DNA of 64,000 nt, taken from the NCBI RefSeq assembly GCF_036365525.1, contig NC_090382.1, positions 27,128,219-27,192,218 of the forward strand, given 5' to 3'. The position numbers and the translations under genes are program-made. Every line of letters starts with the position of its first letter. Position 1 is the stretch's first letter. The notes below the pieces were generated by a model, which saw nothing but the letters and a program-made list of their open reading frames with translations, was not told the DNA's origin and ran no database searches. Source of the stretch: Heterodontus francisci. Its lineage: Eukaryota. Of this stretch, positions 25,622-38,002 are shown piece by piece.

Positions 25622-28160
25622 GAAAGAAAGAAGAAGAACACAAGAAATAGGAGCAGGAGTAGACCATATGGCCCATCGAGAGCCTGCTCTGCCATTCAAT
25701 GCAATCATGGCTGATCTTGGGCTTCAATTCCACTTTCCTGCCTGCTCCATATCCCTTAATTCCCTGCGAGACCAAAAAACTATCTATCCCAGCCTTAAAT
25801 GTATTCAATGATGTAGCATCCACAACCTTCTGGGATAGAGAATTCCAAAGATTCACAACCCTTTGAGTGAAATAATTTTTCCTCATCTCAGTCCTGAATG
25901 ATTGACCCCTTATCCTGAGACTGTGTCCCCGTGTTCTAGATTCACTGACCAGTGGGAAAAATCTCTCAGCTTCTATCCTATCAAGCCCTTTCAGAATCTT
26001 GTATATCTCAAATAGATCATCTCTTTTTCTTCGAAACTCCAGAGAATATAGGCCCAATGTACTCAGTCTCTCATCATAGGACAACTCCCTCATCCCAGGG
26101 ACCAATTAAAAAAATCTTCGCTGCACTGCCTCCGGTGCAAGTATATCTTTTCTTAAATGTGGAGACCAAAACTGCACAGATTATTCCAGTTGGGATCTCA
26201 CCAAAGCCCTGTACGATTTTCGTAAGACTTCTTTATTCCTGTACTCTAATCCCCTTGCAATAAAGGCCATTTACCTTCCTAATAGCCTGCTGCACCTGCA
26301 TGTTAACTTTGTGTGTTCCTTGTACGAGTACCCCCAAGTCTCTCTGAACATCAACACTTATCAGTTTTGCACCTTTTAAAAAATATTCTGTTTTTCTATT
26401 TTTACGACCAAAGTGAACAACTTCACACTTCCCTACATTATACTCCATTTGCCATCTTGTTGCCCAGTCACTTAACCTGTCTATAGAGAGAGCGCACTCC
26501 ATGTCAGGTGTGTCTCGATCGTGATTGTGCACTCTATGTCAGGAAAGTCTCTATGGAGAGAGTGCCCTCCATGTCACGTGTGTCTCTATCGAGATATTGC
26601 ACTCCATTTCTGGAGTGTCTTGATAGAAAGAGTGCACTCCATGACAGGAATGTCTCTATAGATGGACTGTACTCCATGTCAGGTGCATCTCTATCTCTTT
26701 GCAGCCTCTCTACATCATCCCCGCAGCTTACCTTTCCACTGAGCTTTATATCATCAGCAAACTTAGATGCATTACTCTCTGTCTCTTGTGGCCCCCCACT
26801 ATTCACTGCCTGCCAACTTAAAAATGCCCCATTTATGCTCACTCTCTGCTTCCTGTCCATTAACCAATCCTCTATCCACACTAATATATTACCCCCAACA
26901 CTGTGAGCCCTTATCTTGCCTATTAATCTTTTATGCGGTACCTTATCGAATGACTTTTGAAAATCCAGGTATACTACATCTACTGGTTCCCCTTTATCTA
27001 TCCTACAACTTACATCCTCAAAAAACTCTAATAAATTTATCAAACAGGATTTCCCTTTAGTAAAACCATGTTGACTTGTTCTAATCATACTATGCTTTTC
27101 CAAGTGCAATGTTGACACTTCCTTAATAATAGTTTCTAGTATCTTCCCAATGACTGATGTTCAGCTAACTGGCCTGCAGTTCCCTGTTTTCTCTCTACCT
27201 CCTTTCTTGAAAAGTGGCATAATATTAGCCAATGTCCAGTCTGACGGGACCATTCCTGAATCTAAGAAATTCTGGAAAATTATAGCCAGCGCATTCACTA
27301 TCTCTGCAGCTATCTCTTTTAGAACCCTAGGATGTAGGCCACCTGGTCCTGGGGACTTGCCAGATTTTAGTCCCTCAAGTTTCTCCAATACTATTTCTCA
27401 ACTGATATCAGTATCCTTAATTTCCTCACTCTTTTTAGCCCCTCGGTTACTGCCTATTTCTGGTATGGAACTTGTGTCTTCTACTGTGAAGACAGACACA
27501 AAATATTTGTTCAGTGCCTCTGCCATTTCCTCATTCCCCATGATGATTTCTCCTGTCTCTGCCTCTAAGAGACCAATGTCTACTTTAGCTCCTCTCTTCC
27601 TTTTTATGTACTTATAAAAACTCTTACAATCTGTTTTTATATTGCTGTCTAGTTTATTCTCATATTCTATTTTTTCCCTTTTTATCCACTTTTTGGTGGC
27701 CCTTTGCTGGTTTCTAAAATACTCCCAATCCTCAGACTTGCTACTATTTTTTGCAACATCGTAAGCATCTTCTTTTAGTCTAATACTCTCCTTAACCTCC
27801 TGAGTGAGCCACGGATGGGTCTTTCTGGGCAGGTTTTTGTCTTTGAACGAATAGTACTTTTGTTGAACCCTTTGAATTGCTTCTTTAAATGTTTCCCACT
27901 GTTCATTTGCCGCCATACCTTCCAGTCTATTTACCCAATTAACCTTAGCCAGTTCTCCCCTCATACCTTCATAATTGGCTTTGTTTAAGTTTAAGATTCT
28001 TGTTTGTGATTGAAATGTGTCACTTTCAAACTTAACATGAAATTCAATGTTATTAATATGATCACTATTTTCCAGTGGATCGTTTCCTATGACATTGCTT
28101 ATTGACCCTGCTTCATTACACAGTATGAGATCTAAGATAGCTTTATCCTAGTTGGTTCGA
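25622..28160 (-). mobile_element. CR1 LINE inside Gypsy B
   Basis: HPWLTQEV, KSPGPGGLHPRVLKE, YLDFQKSFDKVPH, KFADD, VNLWNSL. Confidence 0.95.
26485..26695. repeat. 35-bp tandem repeat, 6 diverged units
   Basis: ACTCC-like core at 26496, 26531, 26566, 26601, 26636, 26671; consensus about AGAGAGTGCACTCCATGTCAGGTGTGTCTCTATCG. Confidence 0.92.
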
Positions 28161-28396
28161 CAACTTCAATTTCACAGTCCCAACCATTAGGTGGAGTTGG
28201 TAGTCAAAGTCAAAGTCCAGGGTTGACACAGTCTGAGATGTTGGGAGAGCAGAATCAAGCTAATGAAAATGGAAGAAGATATACAGACAGAAAGAGAAAT
28301 AAGCCAGAAAGGTTAATTGAAAGTATATAGAAAGGAAGAAAAAATAAGTTATTGTTTTCAATACTTTTTGTCAAACGATGATATTTTTAAAATTTT

Positions 28397-28771
28397 TTCA
28401 TGGGATGTGGGCATCACTGGCAAGGCCAGCATTTGTTGCCCATCCCAAATTACCCTTGACAACTGAGTGACTTGCTAGGCTATTTCAGAGGGCAGTTAAG
28501 AGTCAACCACATTGCTGTGGGTCTGGAGTCACATGTAGGCCAGGCCAGGTAAGGACGTCAGATTTCCTTCTCCTAAAGAGCATCAGTGAACCAGATGGGT
28601 TTTTACAACAATCGACGACAGTTTTGTGCCACTATTTACAGATTTTTATTAATTAATTGAATTTAAATTCAACCAGCTGCCATGGTGGGATTTAAAATGT
28701 GCCCCCAGGGCTATATCCTGGGCCTCTGGATTACTAGTTCAATGGCATTACCACTATGCCACCATCTCCCC
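28397..28771 (-). mobile_element. tRNA-headed SINE with the LINE family B tail
   Basis: Head GGGAGATGGTGGCATAGTGG; tail CAAGGGTAATTTGGGATGGGCAACAAATGCTGGCC shared with LINE B. Confidence 0.8.
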
Positions 28772-29804
28772 ATTTTTGATAAAGACATACTGGCGTTAAG
28801 GAAAAACAATTTTTAACATAAATTTCTCTGCAAATGTTGGTTATATATGATGAGTTGTGATTACAGTAATAACAGGCATGCAACCCAACCTGTTAAATTT
28901 CAGAGTGTTGTTATTGTATTGTGGGAATTTATGTGCAAGTACCTTTTTACATCCAATGCATTTTTTTAAAAGTTGGGTGGGAGTGTAGTATACTGTATTA
29001 AACTGGCTTATTGTATTGTAATATATTTTGTAATACTGTGTCTCTGCTGCCCTCTCTGTTGGGAAGCGTAAATAAAGTTTCCAACATGGCTGCTCCCAGT
29101 AAAAATTTCATGTTAGTTTTACTCTGAATACACAGCACCATTGAACACGACAGATACAAAGAAGCTCGTTCCTTTGGTGGGCGAATCCAGAACAATGGGA
29201 TATAATTTTAAAATTAGAGCTAGGCCATTTAGGAGTAAAATCAGGAAGCACTTTTTCATACAAAGGATCATGTATATCTGGAATTCTCCCCACCTCCAAT
29301 CCCCAAAAGGCTGTAGATGCTGACAGAAATTAACATAAAGGCCAACATTCCATTAGCCTTTTTGATTTCCCAGCAGTTTGGGGCATAATTTAATCATGAT
29401 GTTTCCATGGTTATGTGGATAATTGCCAGCCTCATACTGCTTGAATGTGCTCCCTCTGACTCCACATATTTCAGGAGGGTTATTGCTGTTGGGCATCCAT
29501 GGGTGCACAGCTGTTGGGATTGCTTCCCATGAAATTACAAAGTCCCTAAATGTTGGTGTATTTGCTTAAAGGAGGCACTGGCTGATGTGGTACAGAGCCA
29601 CATACATCTGACGATCCTAAATTGAATCCCATATCTGCACTGAAGTGGCTCATGTCTGTTGGAACATTGCTTATATATGAAAGAGATGGTCAGAAAAAGA
29701 CCAGCTGACCCATCAAGCCGGTTCCATTTGGTCAAACCGCATCGAAGTAGCATGATCCTCAATGATCTCCACCCACCGTCAGCCATGTAATCTTCAGATC
29801 AAAG

Positions 29805-30345
29805 AATCAGGTCAAACAGCAGCTGTGAAGAGAGAAACAGAGTTATCATTCCAGATTGATGACCTTTTATCAGAGCTGAAAGATGTTAGAGGTGAACATC
29901 TTTTAAGCAAATATAAAGTTTAAAGTGACCTGGGAATGTGATGCAAGAAAGGAAGGTAGACCCCAGTGATGCAGACCACCCATGTACCAGTAGTGTAGAC
30001 CACCCCATGTATCAGTAGGGAATCTCCACCACAATCACTAGCCCTCCACCTCCTCCACTTTCAATGGATCTGGTGCAGCCATCCTCTAATTTTAGCACCT
30101 GCTGTCTGAGAGAAAATGAGAACAGGGGTTATGGTCTAAAGTTATTAAACTCAATGTTGAGTTCAGAAGGCTGTAAAATACCTAGTAGAAAGAGGAGGTG
30201 CTGTACTGTTCCTCCAGCTGACAATGAGCTTCATTGGAACAATGCAGGAGGCCAAGGACAGAGAAGTTAGACTGTGAGTGGGGTGGAGAATTAAAGTAGC
30301 AGCGGCCCAAAGCTCATGCTTATACTTGCAAACAGAAGGGAAATT
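29805..30345 (-). mobile_element. Penelope-like element, GIY-YIG C-terminus and pseudo-LTR; upstream part at 36778-36850
   Basis: Minus strand resembles FNSPPHS..SVLGLLHCSNEA..LEE..HLLFLLGILQPSELNIEF; degenerate hammerhead at 29841-29877; 36778-36850 resembles CSxCxLLYI..K.RLGDxF. Confidence 0.7.
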
Positions 30346-30811
30346 TTTGTATATATTCTTTCATGGGAGGTGGGCAATGCTGGCTACGCCAGAATTTATT
30401 GCCCATCCCTTAATTGCCCTTGAAAAGTTGGTGCTAAGCTGCCTTCTTGAACCACTGCAGTCCATGTGGGGTAGATATACCCACAGTGCTGTTGGGAAGG
30501 GAGTTCCAGAATTTTGACCCAGCAACAGTGAAGGAACGGCGATATAGTCCCAATTTAGGATGGTGTGTGGCTTGGATGGGAACTTGCAGGTGGTGGTGTT
30601 CCCATGCATCTGCTGCCCTTGTCCTTCTAGTTGGTAGAGGTCACGGGTTTGGAAGGTATTGTCGAAGGAGCCTTTGTGAGTTGCTGCAATACATCATGTA
30701 TTCGGTACACGCTGTGCGCCGGTAGGGGAGGGAGTGAATGTTTAAGGTGATAGATGGGGTGCCAATCAAGGGGCTGCTTTGTCCTGGATGGTGTCGAGCT
30801 TCATAAGTGTT

Positions 30812-31161
30812 GTCACTGGCATTTGTTGCCCATCCCTGATTGCCCTTGACAGCTGAGTGGTTTGCTGGGCTATTTCAGATAGCAGTTAAGAGTCAACCAC
30901 ATTGCTGTGGGTCTGGAGTCACATGTAGGCCAGACCAGGTAGGACAACAAATTTCCTTCCCTAAAGGACATTAATGAACCAGATGGGCTATTATGACAAT
31001 TGATGATAGTTTCATGGCACCATTACTGCTACTAGCTTTTTAATTCCAGACATTTTTATTAATTCATGGAATGTAAATTCCACCAGCAGCTATGATGCGA
31101 TTTGCCTGGGCCTCTGAATTATTAGTTCAATTACATTACCATTACGCCACCATCTTTCCCT
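30812..31161 (-). mobile_element. tRNA-headed SINE, same family as 28397
   Basis: Colinear with 28420-28771. Confidence 0.8.
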
Positions 31162-33365
31162 CTAATTTGCAGGTTGATGCCAGTGTTGTAGCTGTACTGG
31201 AACAACTTGGCTAGTTGCATGGCCAGTTCTGGAGCACAATTCTTCAGTCATATTGCCAGAATGTTGTCAGGACCCATAGCCTTTGCAGTATCCTGTACCT
31301 TCAGCCATTTGTTGATATTACGTGGAGTGAATCGAATTGGCTGAAGACTGGCATCTGTGAAATGGGGACCCCAGGAGGAGGCCAAGGTGGATCATCCACT
31401 TGACAGTTATGGATGAAGATGGTTGCAAATGCTTCAGCCTTGTCTTTTGCACTGATGTGCTGGGCTCTTCCATCTTTGAGGATGGGGTTATTTGTGGAGC
31501 CTCCTCCTCCAGTTAGTTGTTTAATTGTCCCCCACCATTCCCAACTGGATGCAGCAGGACTGCAGAGCTTAGATCTGATCCATTGGTTTTGGGATTGCTT
31601 AGCTCCGTCTATCGCATGTTGCATCTGCTGTATTGCATGCAAGTGGTCCTGTGTTGTAGCTTCACCAGGCTGACGCCTCATTTTGAGGTATGCCTGTTGC
31701 TGCTCCTGGCATTCCCTCCTGCACTCTTCTTAGGAACATAGGAACATAAGAAGATTGGAACAGGAGTAGGCCATTCAGCCCCTCGAGCCTGTCCTGCCAT
31801 TCAATGAGATCATGGCTGATCTGCGGCCTAACTCCATATACCTGCCTTTGGCCCATATCTGTTAATCTCTTTGCTTCGCAAAAATCTATCTCAGATTTAA
31901 AATTAACCACTGTTCGAGCTTCAACTGCTGTTTGTGGGAGAGTGTTTCAAACCACTACCACCCTTTGCGTGAAGAAGTGCTTCCTAACATCTCTCCTGAA
32001 CGGTCTGGTCCTAATTTTTAGACTATGCCCCTAGTTTTAGAATCTCTAAACAGTGGAAATAGTTTATCTTTATCTAGTCTGTCTTTTCTTGTTAATATCT
32101 TGAAGACTTCAATCAGATCTCTCCTTAAGCTTCTAAATTCTAGCGAAAAACAGGCTTAATTTGTGTAATCTCTCCTCGTAACTTAACCCCTGTAGTCCAG
32201 GTATCATTCTTGTAAACCTACATTGCACTCCCTCCAAGGCCAATATATCCTTCGTAAGGTGTGGTGCCCAGAACTGCTCACAGTACTCCAAATGGGGTCT
32301 AACCAGGGTTTTGTATAGCTGCAGCATAACCTATGTGTCTTTATATTCCAATCATCTAGATATAAAGGCTAGCATTCCATTAGCCTTTTTGATTATTTTC
32401 TGCACTTGCTCGTGGCATTTTAAAGATCTGTGCACCTGAACCCCCAAGTGTCTTTGGACATTCACTGTACTTAACCTCTTCCCATTTAGAAAGTACCCTG
32501 CTCTATCCTTTTTTGGTCCAAAATGGATAACCTCACACTTGCCCGCATTGAAATCCATCTGCCACAGTTTTGCCCACTCACCTAGTCTGTCAATATTTCT
32601 TTGCAATTTTATGATATCATCTAGACTGTCAACAATGCCACCTAACTGTGTACCATCAGCAAATTTGGATATATGACTTACTATGCCATCATCCAAGTCG
32701 TTAATGAATAATGTGAATAATTGAGGCCCCAACACAGATCCCTGTGAGACACCACTAGTTACATCCTGCCAATCGGAGTACTTACCCATTATCCCCACTC
32801 TCTGTCACCTACCACTCAACCAACTTTCTAACCATGTCAATAATTTGCCCTCAACTCCATGGGCTTCTACCTTAGTTAAACAGTCTGTTATGTGGGACTT
32901 TATCAAATGCCTTCTGGAAGTCCATATAAATAACATCCATAGACTCTCCCGTGTCCACTACCTTAGTCACCTCTTCAAAAAGTTCAATGAAATTTGTCAG
33001 GCATGACCTTCCCGTTATGAATCCATGCTGGCTATCCCTGATTAACTGAAAATTTTCTAGGTTTTCAGTCACCCTATCCTTGATTATAGACTCCAGCAAC
33101 TTGCTCATCACAGATGTGAGGTTAACTGGTCTGTAATTTCCTTGGTTCCCCCTTCTTAAAAAGTGCAGTGACATGTGCAACTTTCCAATCCAGCAGGACC
33201 ACTCCTGAATCTAGGGAACTCTGAAAGACTATAGTTAGGGCATCTACAATGTGGTTCCCTATTTCCTTTAACACCCTCGGATGGAAACTGGCAGGTCCTG
33301 GGGATTTCTCACTCTTTAGTTCCATTAATTTCTTTGTTACTGATGATTTACTTACATTAATTGTC

Positions 33366-33702
33366 ATAGAGTCAAAGTCATAGAGAGATACAGCACTGAA
33401 ACAGGCCCTTCGGCCCACTGAGTCTGTGCTGACCATCAACCACCCATTTATACTAATCCTACATCAATCCCATGTTCTCTACCACATCCCCTCAATTCTC
33501 CTACCACCTACCTACGCTAGGGGCAATTTACAATGGCTAATTTACCTATCAACCTGCAAGTCTTTGGTGGTGGGAGGAAACCGGAGCACCCGGCAGAAAC
33601 CCACACAGTCACAGGGAGAACTTGGAAGTTCCACACATGCAGTACCCAGAACTGAACCCAGGTTGCTGGAGCTGTGAGGCTGCAGTGCTAACAACTGCGC
33701 AA
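33366..33702 (-). mobile_element. HE1-type V-SINE
   Basis: Reverse homology to 1937-2290. Confidence 0.9.
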
Positions 33703-34420
33703 CTCTAATTGTATCAAGTCCCTGTCCCCTATCGGCTATTAATTTTTTCAGGACTTCTGGCAAGTTGTCCTCCTTTTCAACTGTAAATACTGAGGTAAAG
33801 TAATTGTTCAACATGTCTGCCATTTCCCCATTATCAATGACTATATCTCCAGTTTCAGCTTTTAGTGGACCGACAGTGCTCTTGACCACCTGCTTTCCCT
33901 TTATGTAACGATAAAATTTCTTCTTATTGATTTTGATATCCCTTGCAAGTTTCCTTTCATAATCTCTTTTAGTATCTCTTATAAGCTGCTTTGTGACCCT
34001 TTGCTGGTCTTTGTATCGATCCCATTCGGCCGGATCTGTGCTGCGTTTTGCATTTTTGTAAGCCATTTCTTTTTGTTTTATGCTATCCCTAATCTCCTTA
34101 GTTGTCCATGGCTGTTTTTTCTGTGAAGTGGAGCTTTTTCCTCTCAAGGGTATATACTCGCTCTGTATTTCGTTAAATGTTTCTTTAAATATTCTCCACT
34201 GTTCTTTAGTCGTTTGACCCATTAACAGATCTACCCAGTTTACCGTGGACAGTCTCTGTCTCATCCCGATAAAGTCAGCCTTACCCAAGTCTAAAATTCT
34301 AGTCGCTGATTCGTGCTTTTCACTTTCAAATGCTACCTTGAATTCAATCATGTTGTGATCACTATTTGATAAATGTTCACGCACTGTTAGGCTACTAATT
34401 ACACATAACTAAATCTAATA

Positions 34421-35139
34421 ACAAGCGCATGGGTAAGGCTTTCACTGCTATGTCCAGACTGGCCAAGAGAGTGTGGGAAAATGGCGCACTGACACGGAAC
34501 ACAAAAGTCTGAGTGTATCAGGCCTGTGTCCTCAGTACCTTGCTCTATGGCAGCGAGGCCTGGACAACGTATGCCAGCCAAGAGCGACGTCTCAATTCAT
34601 TCCATCTTCGCTGCCTCCGGAGAATACTTGGCATCAGGTGGCAGGACCGTATCTCCAACACAGAAGTCCTCGAGGCGGCCAACATCCCCAGCTTGTACAC
34701 ACTACTGAGTCAGCGGCGCTTGAGATGGCAGGATCCCCAAAGACACATTGTGCAGCGAGCTCGCCACTGGTATCAGACCCACCGGCCGTCCACGTCTCCA
34801 CTTTAAAGACGTCTGCAATCGCGACATGAAATTCTGTGACATTGATCACAAGTCGTGGGAGTCAGTTGCCAGCGTTCGCCAGAGCTGGCGGGCAGCCATA
34901 AAGACAGGACTAAAATGTGGCAAGTCGAAGAGACTTAGTAGTTGGCAGGAAAAAAGACAGAAGCGCAAGGGGAGAGCCAACTGTGCAACAGCCCCGACAA
35001 ACAAATTTCTCTGCAGCACCTGTGGAAGAGCCTGTCACTCTAGAATTGGCCTTTATAGCCACTCCAGGCGCTGCTTCACAAACCACTGACCACCTCCAGG
35101 CACGTATCCATTGTCTCTCGAGATAAGGAGACCCAAAAG
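34421..35139 (+). mobile_element. RTE-clade LINE 3' fragment
   Basis: YQACVLSTLLYGSEAWT...RCLRRILGIRWQDRISNTEVL, C-terminal CSTCGRACHSRIGLYSH; perfect 10-bp TSD AAATCTAATA. Confidence 0.92.
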
Positions 35140-36444
35140 AAATCTAATATTGCCTGTCCCCCTGTTACATCTAGCACATATTGCTGTAGGAAACTATCCT
35201 GGACACATTCCAGAAATTCACTACCTTTCTGACAGGTGCTAGTCTGCCTCTCCCAATCTGTGTGTAAATTAAAATCCCCCATTAATACTACTCTGCCTTT
35301 GTTACACACTTGCCTAATTTGTGCATTTCTACAATCTAACACCTCAGAACTGCTACCAGAAGGTTTATACACAGCACCCATTACAGTTTTAGATCCTTTT
35401 CTGTTCCTCAATTCCACCCATAAGTCTTGAACTAGGGTTGATCCCCCGGTTTGATAGTAATGGTAGACTGGGGAATATGCCGGGCCATGAGGTTACAGAT
35501 TGTGGTTGAATACAATTCTGCTCCTACTGATGGCCCACAGCGCCTCATGGATGCCCAGTTTTGAGTTGCTAGATCTGTTCGAAATCTGTCCCATTTAGCA
35601 CGGTGGTAGCACCACACAACATAATTGAGGGTATTCTCAACGTGAAGACAGGGCTTTGTCTCCACAAGGACTGTGCGGTGGTCACTCCTACCAGTACTGT
35701 CATGGACAGATGCATCTGCAACAGGCAGATCGGCGAGGACGAGGTCAGGTAGGTTTTTCCCTCTTGCTGGCTCCTTCACCTCCTGCTGCAGTCCTAGTCT
35801 GGCAGATATGTCCTTTAGGACTGGGTTAGCTTGGTCAGTAATGGTGCTACTGAGCCATTCTTGGTGATGGACATTGAAGTCTCCCACAAAAGTACATGCT
35901 GTGCCCTTGCCACCCTCAGTGCTTCTTCCAAGTGGTGTTCTACATGGAGATGCACTGAGTTGGGGGGGTGTGTGGTGTGGGGTGTGGGGGTGCAGTAGGT
36001 GATAATCAACAGGAGGTTTCCTTGCCCATGTTTGACCTGATGCCGTGAGACTTCATGGGATCTGGAATCAATGTTGAGGACTCCCAGGACAACTCCCTCC
36101 CAACTGTATACCACTATGCCGCCATCTCTAGTAGGTCCATCCTTTCGGTGCAACAGCACATAGCCAGGGATGGTGATGGAACATTGTCTGTAAGGTATGA
36201 TTCCATGAGTATGACTATGTCAGGCTGCTGCTTGACTAGTCTGTGGGACAGCTCTCCCAATTTTGGCACAAGCCCCCAGATGTTAGTAAGGAAGACTTTG
36301 CAGGGTTGACAGAGCTAGGTGTGCCATTGTCATTTCTGGTGCTTAGGTCGATGCTGGGCGATCCGTCCTGTTTCATTCCTTTTAGACTTTTCTCCAGCGG
36401 TTTGGTGCAACTAATTGGCTTGCTCAGCCATTTCAGAGGGCACT

Positions 36445-36776
36445 TTTTTAAAATTTATTTTTATTTTAGAGATACAGCACTGAAACAGGCCCTTCGGCCC
36501 ACCGAGTCTGGTCCGACCAACAACCACCCATTTATACTAACCATACAGTAATCCCATAATCCCTACCACCTACCTACACTAGGGGCAATTTACAATGGCC
36601 AATTTACCTATCAACCTGCAAGTCTTTGGCTGTGGGAGGAAACCGGAGCACCCGGCGAAAACCCACGCGATCACAGGGAGAACTTGCAAACTCCACACAG
36701 ACAGTACCCACAACTGAACCCAGGTCCCTGGAGCCGTGAGGCTGCAGTGCTAACCACTGCACCACTGTGCCGCCCT
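36445..36776 (-). mobile_element. HE1-type V-SINE
   Basis: Full head GGGCGGCACAGTGGTGCAGTGG and A-rich tail. Confidence 0.92.
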
Positions 36777-36944
36777 ACAAAGTGATCCCCAATCTACATT
36801 TGACTTGTTGATGCAGAGGAGACGACATCCTGAGCAGCAAATACAGCATCCATCGTATTTTGCTTTTCTGTTAGCACACTACAGTTGGCCTCAGTACCCC
36901 AAGGGCTGGTAAAGCGAAATTTAACTTGGATTCTTCCTTCTAAT

Positions 36945-37140
36945 TGTTGCTGCCACTTTAATTCTTCACCTCACTTCCAGTCTGATCTCTCTGTCCTTGG
37001 CCTCCTGCACTGTTCTAATGAAGCTCAACATAAGCTCGAGGAAAAGCACCTCATCTTTCTACACAGCACTTTACAGCATCCTGATTGAATATCAACTTTA
37101 TACCTTAACCACTGCTCTTATTTACTCTCCGATGGCAAAA
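36945..37140 (+). mobile_element. Penelope-like GIY-YIG C-terminal fragment
   Basis: HFNSSPHFQSDLSVLGLLHCSNEAQHKLEEKHLIF; opposite orientation to 30130-30310. Confidence 0.72.
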
Positions 37141-37664
37141 ACTGGGAATGGATGGCTACAGCAAAGCCATTGGGAGTGGAGGAGGTGCGGGCTGGTGCTT
37201 GTGATGGAGACAAAAATAAAGGTGATTCTTAAAGAGCATTGATTCATATAAGGCATTTTTAAAATTGAATTTAATACTTCTTGACCAAAAATAGTCCTCC
37301 CCATTCATTTTCTTTTTACAAAACTTTCCAACCTTTAGTTTTTTTTCCACTATTGCTTAGTGACTCGGTGAGGCAAAGGCTATTCTTTCATATCCAAGAT
37401 CTGTGTTTAAATGTACCCTGATATATGGGATTAAAATGTTAATTTTCTGCTGGCTGTAAGTATCTTACTTTAAGTGAGTTTCAACAGTTCCCATCGAGTT
37501 CCTCATGGAGATGGTCACAGAATATAAAAGTGCCTAAAGTTCAACACACTGGCATTTTAATACTGAACAAGATTAGCTGATCTAAGGAATAGAATAATTC
37601 ATACTGGGGCTAATGTAGGAGCAGAGTTGAGTGAACTTTACATTGCTTACAACTATCTGGGAGT

Positions 37665-37995
37665 GTTCAGTCTTTCAGATGAGACATTAAACTGAGGCTC
37701 TGTCTGCCCTTTCGGGTGGTTGTAAAAAATACCATGACACTACTTCAAAGAAGAGCGGGGGAGTTATCACTGGTGTCCTGGCCAATATTTATCCTTCAAT
37801 CAACGTCACAAAAACAGAGCATCTGGTCATTATCATGTTGCTGATTGTGACAGCTTGTTCTATGCAAATTGACTGCCTCCCTTCCTACATTGCAACAGTG
37901 ACTACACTTCAAAAAGTATTTCATTGGTCGTAAAGTGCTTTGGAACGTCCGGCGGCCACGGATGCATTGCAAAAATCCAAGTGCTACTTCTTTCT
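37665..37995 (+). mobile_element. Deu-domain SINE (head truncated)
   Basis: GAAGAGCGGGGGAGTT...GTCCTGGCCAATATTTATCC core. Confidence 0.85.
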
Positions 37996-38002
37996 TTCAT
38001 CA

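Larger units (their letters stand above)
18519..29137 (+). mobile_element. Gypsy LTR retrotransposon B, full span with both LTRs (decayed)
   Basis: Short LTRs (about 18519-19534 minus the MITE, and 28984-29137) share AATAAAGTTTCCAACATGGCTGCTCC; degenerate tRNA-Ser(GCU)-type PBS at 19540; gag MALNTYFGIVGEF; RT SEWAAPIVV, YPLP; integrase VDSCSKW, SDN, PPYHPASNGAAE; PPT 28968-28983. Confidence 0.92.
31730..35430 (-). mobile_element. CR1 LINE nested in LINE B
   Basis: MGDFN, SDHNMIEF, NYRPVNLTS, QGSVLGPQLF, HLEYCEQFWAP; TTCCTATG tail. Confidence 0.93.
30355..36442 (-). mobile_element. CR1-group LINE family B with endonuclease, RT largely deleted, hosting nested elements
   Basis: APE motifs QQPDIVILMES, GDFNVHHQEWL, SDH; linker WIRSKLCSPAASSWEWW; 3' tail at 30355. 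Confidence 0.85.

Noticed and set aside
26485-26695. CRISPR-like array
   Set aside because: Contiguous degenerate units with no unique spacers, in vertebrate DNA with no cas genes
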